From contig MFRA01000005.1 in NCBI GenBank assembly GCA_001783215.1, positions 29,845 to 93,844 on the forward strand: DNA of 64,000 nt. The letters are read 5' to 3'. Below are positions 18,908 to 26,390 of the stretch, in pieces (position 1 is the stretch's first letter; every line of letters begins with the position of its first letter). The notes under the pieces were generated by a model. That model saw only the letters and a program-made list of their open reading frames with translations. It ran no database searches and was not told the origin of the DNA. This stretch comes from Candidatus Magasanikbacteria bacterium RIFOXYD1_FULL_40_23 (GTDB lineage: Bacteria > Patescibacteriota > Patescibacteriia > Magasanikbacterales > GWA2-37-8). The position numbers and the translations under genes are program-made.

Positions 18908-20422
18908 TTATTCTATTTTAGCTCTAAATTGTAATGCTTCCGCCACATGTCCTAGTTGTATATTATCACTCTTTCCCAAATCGGCAATCGTACGGCTTAA
19001 TTTAAGAATACGATTATAGGCGCGAGCAGACAAATGCATTTGGGTAACCGCCGCACGTAGCAGATCTATAGATGCATCATCTAGTTTACAAAATTCTTTT
19101 ATTTCCGTATTGCGCATTTCGCTGTTGGCATGAGTATTAAAATCTTTAAATCTTGTAGTTTGGATTTCTCTGGCATCTTCTACCCTTTGGCGAATGCTCT
19201 CTGATTTTTCACCTAGTGTGTCGGAAGATAACTTTTCAAATTGTACGCGCGGTACTTCTACATGCAAATCTATGCGGTCTAGAAGCGGCCCACTAATTCT
19301 TTTTTGGTAGCGCGCAATTTGGGCGGGTCCACAAATACATTGTCTGTCTGGGTCGCTGAGTAGTCCGCAAGGGCAAGGATTTTGGCTGGCTACCAAAATA
19401 AATCTGGCGGGAAACATTAACACGCTTTGGATTCTAGAAATTGTAATCACGCCGTCTTCTAACGGTTGGCGCAAACTTTCTAGTACAGATCTAGGGAATT
19501 CTGGAAATTCGTCTAAAAATAAAACCCCGCGATGAGCAAGAGAAATTTCTCCCGGTCGTGGATATTTACCACCACCCACAAGCGATACACCTGAAGCCGT
19601 GTGATGAGGAGACCTAAACGGCCGTTCTTTTACAAATCCACTGGATAGTAGTCCGGCTACAGAATAAATTTTCGTTACTTCTAGTGCTTCGTCGGCAGTA
19701 AGTTTGGGTAATATAGATGGAAAGCTACGAGCCAGTAATGTTTTACCAGATCCAGGTGGTCCACTCATAAGTATGTTGTGAGCACCGCTAGCTGCAATCT
19801 CTAGCGCGCGTTTTACAAATTCTTGCCCCTTTATCATAGACATATCCAGTTCGTATTGGGGCGCGCTAAACTCGTTCCAGTTTTCTGGTCTATCGTATGG
19901 GGTTATAGTTTCTGGGCCAACCAAATGGTCTACCAATTGTTTTAAATTTTTAACCGGATAAATTTCTATGCCGTCTACCAAAGCGGCTTCCGGCGCATCG
20001 GCTTCGGGTAAGAAAATTCTTGTTAGTCCTATTTTTTTGGCAAAAATTGTAATAGGCAAGATGCCGTTGGTATGGCGCAGTGTTCCGTCTAGTGCTAGTT
20101 CGCCCACCAGCAGCGCGTCGTCCAAATTTATTTGTAAATCATTGCTAATTATTATTACTCCCAGCGCCATTGGTAAATCATAAGCAGGGCCTTCTTTGTG
20201 CAAGTCGGCCGGAGCAAGATTAACTAGAATGCGAAAGTTGAATGGATAATTAAAGCCAGAATTTTTGAGTGCCGAATGTATGCGATCTTTGGCTTCGTGG
20301 ATAGAAGTGTCTGGCAACCCCACAATATTGAAAGCGCTTTGTCCCTTGTTTATATCTACTTCTACATCTATAGGCAAACAATCTAGGCCAACCGCAGCGG
20401 CCGAATTTAATTTAAGAAACAT
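18908..20422 (-). CDS. comM: YifB/ComM family Mg-chelatase-like AAA+ ATPase
   Basis: 504 aa. N-terminal Lon-like domain (MFLKLNSAAAVGLDCLPIDVEVDI), Walker A GPPGSGKT, and a C-terminal ChlI-like region. Confidence 0.85.
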   Translation of the reverse strand: MFLKLNSAAAVGLDCLPIDVEVDINKGQSAFNIVGLPDTSIHEAKDRIHSALKNSGFNYPFNFRILVNLAPADLHKEGPAYDLPMALGVIIISNDLQINLDDALLVGELALDGTLRHTNGILPITIFAKKIGLTRIFLPEADAPEAALVDGIEIYPVKNLKQLVDHLVGPETITPYDRPENWNEFSAPQYELDMSMIKGQEFVKRALEIAASGAHNILMSGPPGSGKTLLARSFPSILPKLTADEALEVTKIYSVAGLLSSGFVKERPFRSPHHTASGVSLVGGGKYPRPGEISLAHRGVLFLDEFPEFPRSVLESLRQPLEDGVITISRIQSVLMFPARFILVASQNPCPCGLLSDPDRQCICGPAQIARYQKRISGPLLDRIDLHVEVPRVQFEKLSSDTLGEKSESIRQRVEDAREIQTTRFKDFNTHANSEMRNTEIKEFCKLDDASIDLLRAAVTQMHLSARAYNRILKLSRTIADLGKSDNIQLGHVAEALQFRAKIE

Positions 20423-20433
20423 AATTTACTCTT

Positions 20434-20883
20434 TTACACTTTTTTCAATCCAAACAATCTTAACATATAAATCCCCAATCCGAAAACAATCATTATATCT
20501 GCCAAGTTTATGATAGCTGTGCCGATTATAAAATAGTCTCGTACGTAGGAATAAAATAATCTATCTACAAAATTGGAAGTAGCACCGCAAAAAATTGCAG
20601 ACCAAGCTAGGAGTAAACGAAAATCACCCGCAGGTTTTTTTAATTCGGTAATAAGTAGATAAGCGACCAAAAATATTATTGGTAGGGTAATAAAAATAGT
20701 GACCTGGTTTGGTATGGGCAAACTAAAGGCGACACCGGTATTGGCAAACGGTTCCCAGCCCACACGGTTCCAGAGCAAATATGAAGCATTCCATTTGTGG
20801 ATAGAGAGCCATTTCAAAAATTGGTCAGAGAGCAAAAAAAGCCCACTGAGTAAAATAATCAAGTGGGCTTTTTTGATGGACAT
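20434..20883 (-). CDS. lspA: lipoprotein signal peptidase II
   Basis: Motifs NTGVAFSL, FVDRL and INLADIMIVFGLG. 149 aa, four TM helices. Confidence 0.85.
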   Translation of the reverse strand: MSIKKAHLIILLSGLFLLSDQFLKWLSIHKWNASYLLWNRVGWEPFANTGVAFSLPIPNQVTIFITLPIIFLVAYLLITELKKPAGDFRLLLAWSAIFCGATSNFVDRLFYSYVRDYFIIGTAIINLADIMIVFGLGIYMLRLFGLKKV

Positions 20884-20902
20884 ATCTTTTGTCGTGATGA
20901 GT

Positions 20903-21286
20903 TTATACTTCTTGAGTAATGGTTTTTTTGCAGCTCATGCAGGAACTAGAAGTTGGGCGAGCGAGAAGACGTTTTTCTTCGATTGGTTTTTTGCAGTATT
21001 TACAGATACCATAATCTCCCTTTTTCAATCGTTCCAAAGATTGGTTGGTGTCGCGCAAAGATTTCTCTAGGTTTTCTTCTAGCGATAGATTTACTACATA
21101 GTCTGCTACCTCGGCAGCGTTTTCATCTTCTTTGTCACCATAATCAGGGAAGGCAGTATCTCCATCCGCGGCATTATTTTTAGAAAATTTAGCCATTTCT
21201 CTGTCTAGTCTGGCTTTTTCTTCCAAAAGCAGAGCCTCTATTTTTTTGAGTAATTCTGCAGAATAAGGTGATTTTATCTTTGTCAT
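20903..21286 (-). CDS. DksA/TraR-family C4 zinc-finger protein
   Basis: C-terminal CKYCKKPIEEKRLLARPTSSSCMSCKK plus an N-terminal coiled coil. Confidence 0.7.
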   Translation of the reverse strand: MTKIKSPYSAELLKKIEALLLEEKARLDREMAKFSKNNAADGDTAFPDYGDKEDENAAEVADYVVNLSLEENLEKSLRDTNQSLERLKKGDYGICKYCKKPIEEKRLLARPTSSSCMSCKKTITQEV

Positions 21287-21469
21287 ATAGGTCTAACTTA
21301 ATATTTATATAATACCTTATATTTGAGGGTAAAGGAAATAGCCTAGGCTAGGCCACCCCCTACGGATTAAGATCGTATTTTATCAACGATTTGGCGGGGT
21401 GTCAATAATGTTATCTAAAATAAAGAAACCCTCAGGTATGGCCGATATTTAGGCCTAAACCCAAAGGTT

Positions 21470-21943
21470 TTAATCAAGTAGTGGTTTCTGGCGCATTACT
21501 AGCCACCCATACTCCTCGCCAAGCTTTGCATGTTCGTAGAATTGACGCATTGGTCTGGGCGCTAATCCCTGGTCAAATCCGAAGATATATGGTGTGTTTG
21601 TATGTTCTCGCTTAACCAAAACGATTATCGGGTGGTCAAGGTAGATTAGCCCCAAAGACAGAGCTATGAGATGGCACTGCTCAAAGGCAAATGCTCTGGC
21701 TAGATGTTCTTCATCTGGAGTCAGAAGCCTATAGCCAAGGCTTTGCAGCTTAAACGACGCTTCGCTTGGGGTGGTCTCGCTCTGGAAATGGTGTTCGTAT
21801 AGCTCCCATTCGGTGGCATGCAAAGGCACGTCTGGTCCAGGAATATTGAAAATAAGCCTTTGCGCCATAGGCTGGCGTGCACATCCTAGAGCCAGAAAGG
21901 CGAAAACGATGGTAGAAAGAGCAAGATTGATCCGGTGGCGCAT
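21470..21943 (-). CDS. hypothetical lipoprotein in a GC-rich islet; SD-led (GGAGGT)
   Basis: Lipobox FLALGCA. GGAGGTCCAAC ATG. GC content is elevated compared with the surrounding host DNA. Confidence 0.5.
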   Translation of the reverse strand: MRHRINLALSTIVFAFLALGCARQPMAQRLIFNIPGPDVPLHATEWELYEHHFQSETTPSEASFKLQSLGYRLLTPDEEHLARAFAFEQCHLIALSLGLIYLDHPIIVLVKREHTNTPYIFGFDQGLAPRPMRQFYEHAKLGEEYGWLVMRQKPLLD

Positions 21944-22389
21944 GTTGGACCTCCGTGTGTAGGGATTAAACAGCCTTTTTCAATTTCAAGCAAGTATATT
22001 GGCAATAGGGGGCTTCGCCGCATATATTCTCATTCACTCGGAAATAGTTTGGCAAACCAACTGTTTCACTCATTCACTTCGAATATTAAAAAAGGCGATC
22101 ACCCTCTAAATCAATTTGCATTGGTACAGAGGCGGATCGCCTTTACGTTGATACTACTAAGGGGAGGTACTTTCCCCTTTACGGGGAACATGTACTCTAC
22201 CTACCTTGGGTAGTATTAAAATTGACCTCAACCGCTTGTGGGTAGAGCCCTGGTGTCTTGACCCGAAGGTCTCGACTAATTAGGGTTGCCCGGGAAGAAG
22301 TTGGGCGTGCCATTGTTTCTCTGTTTTCTACAGATAACAGTTGCATACCCGCTTTCTCTTTTACAGTTTGAGAGTCATTATCTGCTTAG

Positions 22390-22640
22390 GAGCAGACTAG
22401 ATAAATTGTAGAATGAACTACATAAGTAAGTATACACTATTTTTAGTGTTTTGTCAACACGTTTGTATACACTAGTATACACAAATGCTTTTTTGGCTAA
22501 TCATAAACAAAATTATTATTTCTTATCCACATTGTAAGTGAGTTATACCCAGGCTTATCCACAGTTGTATAGACTTGTGTATACAAAAAAAGATTAGTTA
22601 TCCACTTTTCAGGTGTTTATAATTGACAAAATACAATTTT
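22390..22640. promoter_or_regulatory. dense secondary cluster of DnaA-box-like motifs (at least 7), 11 kb from dnaA
   Basis: TTATCCACA x2 (perfect), TTATCCACT, TTATACCCA, and TGTATACAC/TTGTATACA x3-4. Confidence 0.5.
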
Positions 22641-22682
22641 TCTTATAACAATACCTTACGCAAATCACAAAGAGGGGGATTT

Positions 22683-23216
22683 ATGGAAACTTGGAGTGTT
22701 TCCAGGGTGTTTGCTTCTACGCGAGTAGTTGGTTTGTTTCTTCCCGGACAAATATTTTCCGTAAAGGATAAGTTTGTTGTTGGGTGCGGTCCCAGTACAC
22801 CCATCAGGTTTAATTGGGTAGTTGACCGGTTCCTTTGGTACTTTGGTATGGTTCCTTATTTAGTAGAGCATGGAGTTGTGCTACTGGAATGCCATGTATT
22901 GGCGAAGGAGTTCACTAGCACCAAAGACATGTTCAAGGCTGTTGGTGGCCCAGGGGATCAAGATGCCTTTGTTACCGTTCCAGAGGTATATGCCCTGCTG
23001 TTGGGCCATGCTGAGGATAGAGAGAACTGCGCACTATCTAGTAATCATGGGAATATCTTTTTTCTTCAGGGAACGCACGAATCGTCTTGGATTTTGAATC
23101 TAACCTGGTGTGAGAACTCTGGCTGGATTGTTACCTTTTGTGAGAGCCTTATTCCTCACAATTGGCTAAAAAATCAGAGAGTCTTCTCTCGTCACAAGTT
23201 CAAGCCGGCAGTATGA
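22683..23216 (+). CDS. hypothetical protein in a GC-rich islet; SD-led (AGAGGGGGA)
   Basis: Start trimmed to the ATG that follows the strong SD (METWSVSRVF...). The track ORF begins at 22623. Confidence 0.45.
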   Translation: METWSVSRVFASTRVVGLFLPGQIFSVKDKFVVGCGPSTPIRFNWVVDRFLWYFGMVPYLVEHGVVLLECHVLAKEFTSTKDMFKAVGGPGDQDAFVTVPEVYALLLGHAEDRENCALSSNHGNIFFLQGTHESSWILNLTWCENSGWIVTFCESLIPHNWLKNQRVFSRHKFKPAV

Positions 23217-23251
23217 GTGCCAGCACCAGTTTATTAGACCTTTTTGTTGGC

Positions 23252-23290
23252 CGGCCGCCTTAATCCCTTCGGGATAGGGCGGCATTTTTA
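23252..23290 (+). terminator. rho-independent terminator
   Basis: GCCGCCTTAATCCCTTCGGGATAGGGCGGC ATTTTTAT. Confidence 0.7.
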
Positions 23291-23298
23291 TAATTGAA

Positions 23299-23465
23299 AT
23301 ATAGGTAAACCATATTTACTCGCACGCTCGGAAAAGTACATAAATGTACTTTTCGCTCACTTTGCTTGTAAATGAATGAGGAAATAGTTGGTTTACCAAA
23401 CTATTTCCGAGTGAATGAAATTATATGTAAAACTATATAATTGTAATATAGGTAAACCATATTTC
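23299..23465 (+). promoter_or_regulatory. copy G of the ~85-nt leader element family; not fused to a real gene and flanked by 19-bp perfect direct repeats
   Basis: ATATAGGTAAACCATATTT is repeated at 23299-23317 and 23447-23465. Between them are Box1 ACTCGCACGCTCGG, an 11-bp perfect IR GAAAAGTACAT/ATGTACTTTTC, Box2-like GCTCACTTTGC, then ATG opening a 22-codon ORF that contains a 10-bp IR GGAAATAGTT/AACTATTTCC. Confidence 0.5.
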
Positions 23466-23535
23466 TTATTTGATTATTATTTTGGTGGGGGATATACTTC
23501 AATGTGGGTTTTTTTAATCATTTTTACTCAATCGT

Positions 23536-24969
23536 ATGCGCAATATTCCTTTGGCTCTTACCTACGACGATGTATTAATTATTCCAAAACGCTCATCGCT
23601 TACATCTCGCAGTGAAGCCAACACCAAAACTAGATTAACGAAAAAAATAAATTTAAATATTCCAATTGTTAGTGCCAATATGGACACTGTTTCTGAATCA
23701 GAAATGGCAATTGCTTTGGCGCGATTGGGTGGTATTTCTTTTATCCACCGGTTCATGAGTATAGAGGATAACGTAGAGGAAATAAAACGAGTAAAGCGCG
23801 CGCAAAACTTTATTGTGGCTGATCCATATACCATAGAAGCTAGTGCCACCATTGGTGAAGCCAAAAAGTTTATAGCCGCTCACGGAGTAAGTGGTTTGTT
23901 AGTAGCAGACAGTAACAAAAAATTAAAAGGCATTTTATCTAAAAGAGATTTTGTTTTTGTAAAAGATGACAGTCAGACAGTGGAGCAAACCATGACTCCG
24001 CGAGAAAAATTAGTAGTAGGAGATAGAAATACCAGCTTTGTTCAGGCCAAAGAAAAAATGATCCAAAATAAAATAGAGAAGCTGCCGTTGGTAGATGAAA
24101 ATGACAATATAGTTGGTTTAATTACTGCAGATGATATTAAAAATTTAATTGAATATCCTTTGGCCAATGTAGATTCTGATGGGCGATTGATAGTGGGTGG
24201 GTCGGTTGGTGTGCACGGAGATTATTTAGAAAGAGCTCAAGCTTTGGTAAAAGCCGGAGTTGATGTGTTAGTAGTAGACATTGCTCATGGTCATTCGGAA
24301 ATGATGTTTAATGCTATTAAAAAAATACGAGAAGTGTGCGGCGATGTGCAAATTATCGCAGGCAATATTGCTACTGCCGAGGCCGCCAGAGATTTGTGTG
24401 AAGCCGGAGTGGATGCACTAAAGGTGGGTGTAGGCCCCGGTACGATTTGTATCACCAGGCTAGTAACTGGTTGTGGTGTGCCGCAATTAACTGCGGTGTT
24501 GTCTGTAGCCGAAGTGGCCAAGCAGTATGGTGTGCCAGTAATTGCTGATGGTGGAATACAAAAATCCGGAGATATTGTAAAAGCCATTGGTGCGGGCGCA
24601 GACACAGTAATGTTGGGTGGGTTGCTTGCTGGTACCAAAGAAAGTCCGGGGCAAATAATGAACAGAGGTGATAAAAAATATAAGGTATGCCGTGGCAGTG
24701 CTAGCTTTGCCGTAGCTCAACGCAGGCAAGCGGTTAGCCAAGAAGGCAAAAATTTAAATGAAGTAGTGCCAGAAGGTGTAGAGTCGGTGGTGCTGTACAA
24801 AGGGCCGGTAGCAGAATTAATAGGGCAGTTGGTAGGCGGAGTTAAATCCGGAATGAGTTATACCAATTCACGAACTATTTCTGATTTGCAAAACAATGTT
24901 GATTTTATGCAGATAACTTCGGCTGGTGCGCGCGAGAGCGGAGCGCACGATTTGATAGATGTTAAATAA
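23536..24969 (+). CDS. guaB: IMP dehydrogenase (with CBS pair)
   Basis: LTYDDVLIIPKRS, catalytic loop GVGPGTICITRLVTGCGVPQ, and 477 aa length. Confidence 0.88.
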   Translation: MRNIPLALTYDDVLIIPKRSSLTSRSEANTKTRLTKKINLNIPIVSANMDTVSESEMAIALARLGGISFIHRFMSIEDNVEEIKRVKRAQNFIVADPYTIEASATIGEAKKFIAAHGVSGLLVADSNKKLKGILSKRDFVFVKDDSQTVEQTMTPREKLVVGDRNTSFVQAKEKMIQNKIEKLPLVDENDNIVGLITADDIKNLIEYPLANVDSDGRLIVGGSVGVHGDYLERAQALVKAGVDVLVVDIAHGHSEMMFNAIKKIREVCGDVQIIAGNIATAEAARDLCEAGVDALKVGVGPGTICITRLVTGCGVPQLTAVLSVAEVAKQYGVPVIADGGIQKSGDIVKAIGAGADTVMLGGLLAGTKESPGQIMNRGDKKYKVCRGSASFAVAQRRQAVSQEGKNLNEVVPEGVESVVLYKGPVAELIGQLVGGVKSGMSYTNSRTISDLQNNVDFMQITSAGARESGAHDLIDVK

Positions 24970-24996
24970 GAAAAAGTATCCTTAATTTCTGTAGTT

Positions 24997-25005
24997 TGGT
25001 ATAAT
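24997..25005 (+). promoter_or_regulatory. extended -10 element TGGTATAAT upstream of the 25071 gene
   Basis: TGnTATAAT, 65 nt upstream of the ATG. Confidence 0.35.
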
Positions 25006-25070
25006 ATTTAGGTAACCTGTTAATTTTTAATTACCTTTATTTACTTTTTGTAGAAAAGTAAACTTTTTTT

Positions 25071-25706
25071 ATGCCAAAGGCTGCTGGGCCAGAAAAATAT
25101 TTGGCCTTTCCATTAGAAAAAATTAGAGGTGTGTTGCCGGAACTAAAAGAAGCAGACATAATCTTTGTTCATCACCACCGCAGCTTTATTAGGTATTTGC
25201 TGCGAAAGATTATGCATAGCTACTGGGATCATGTGGCGCTGGTTTTGTTTACAAAAGATGTTGAAAAAGGTCAGTATTATAACCAGATAATCGAAGCCTC
25301 TTATCCGCGTGGCATCGAAATCCACAAGCTAGAAAAATATTTACGCGATCCAAGCAAGTATGATATAGCCATAAAACGCGTGCCAAATTTGGATGCTCCT
25401 ACGCGTAGAAGAGTTACGGCATTTATGCTTATGAATGTAGATGCGCCATATTACAAAGCCTCACTTATCGGAATGATTTTGGCAGCATTTTCCAAAAAAT
25501 TTAGTTTAGCGTTTTTGGCGCAGCAAAGATTTTGTAGTAGCGGGTTTGTGCAAAAATCTTTTTATGAAGCTTCTAATTGGGACGAAAGAGAAAAGTTTAT
25601 TTTTAGAACCGACCACCTGTCTCCTTTGGAGTTAGAAGATTTAACCACGCCTGCCGATATCGCAAATAGTGACAAGACTGTTTGGGTATATAACAAAAGG
25701 GTATGA
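25071..25706 (+). CDS. permuted papain-fold (YiiX/DUF830-like) putative amidase, paralog 1
   Basis: His (SYWDHVALV) precedes Cys (FCSSGFVQKSF). Tandem paralog of the next gene. Confidence 0.4.
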   Translation: MPKAAGPEKYLAFPLEKIRGVLPELKEADIIFVHHHRSFIRYLLRKIMHSYWDHVALVLFTKDVEKGQYYNQIIEASYPRGIEIHKLEKYLRDPSKYDIAIKRVPNLDAPTRRRVTAFMLMNVDAPYYKASLIGMILAAFSKKFSLAFLAQQRFCSSGFVQKSFYEASNWDEREKFIFRTDHLSPLELEDLTTPADIANSDKTVWVYNKRV

Positions 25707-26326
25707 GAAAGAAAGAACTGAGAAAAATACGAGAAGAGTCTTGGGCAAAGATAGAGCCAAAACTGCAAGTAGCAGATATTATTTTATCTCAAGAAAAATC
25801 ATGGCTCTCTCGTAGCATACGAGATGCCACCAACAGTTATTGGAGTCATGTCTCTATTGTTTTTTCTGTGCCGGACAAACACTTTAGCAATACCTTGGTA
25901 ATTAGCGCCGAAAGATCTGGAATAGAGATTCACCGCCTTCAAAAATATACAAACAGGCTAGATTTCTATGATTTGGGCGTAAAAAGAATACCTGGCCTTT
26001 CGAGCAAAACACGCGGGATGGTTTTGTCTTATGTTCTAAACAACGTGGATCTGCCATATGACTATGGTCGGCTATTTGGTTTGTTTTTGGGGTATTTGGG
26101 TACTAGATTTTTGGGCAAGAAAATATATCACCCTGTTTGCAACGAGGGTGCTTTTATTTGTAGTGCTTTTATTCAGAAGGCTTTTTATAATGTTTTGCCG
26201 GAAAACAAAAAAGACTCAGTTGTGTTTAAGGCTAAAGATATAAATAAATTCTTTTTGGAAGAAGTAACGCCGGCCGATATTGCTCGCAGCAAAAATTGCG
26301 AGTGGTTGTATAATGAGCAGCCATAA
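25703..26326 (+). CDS. permuted papain-fold (YiiX/DUF830-like) putative amidase, paralog 2
   Basis: SYWSHVSIV ... FICSAFIQKAF. Overlaps the paralog 1 stop by 4 nt. The shared C-terminus is VTPADIA. Confidence 0.4.
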   Translation: MRKKELRKIREESWAKIEPKLQVADIILSQEKSWLSRSIRDATNSYWSHVSIVFSVPDKHFSNTLVISAERSGIEIHRLQKYTNRLDFYDLGVKRIPGLSSKTRGMVLSYVLNNVDLPYDYGRLFGLFLGYLGTRFLGKKIYHPVCNEGAFICSAFIQKAFYNVLPENKKDSVVFKAKDINKFFLEEVTPADIARSKNCEWLYNEQP

Positions 26327-26390
26327 ATCGGGCTATTTTCAAAATTTTTTCTTTATGATAGGGTAAGTTGAAATTATAAGATTTCAGCTT

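Noticed and set aside
22230-22300. Hairpin GUCUUGACC-CGAA-GGUCUCGAC as the SRP RNA domain IV
   Set aside because: It has a GNRA-like loop but lacks the conserved AGGAAGCAGCC asymmetric-loop motif. It sits in a GC-rich noncoding stretch of unknown function.
23415-23615. Track ORF 23415-23615 (+) 66 aa and the antisense ORFs 23562-23883
   Set aside because: They overlap the guaB start region and the leader-element copy G. Low-complexity Tyr/Phe-rich translation with no start signal.
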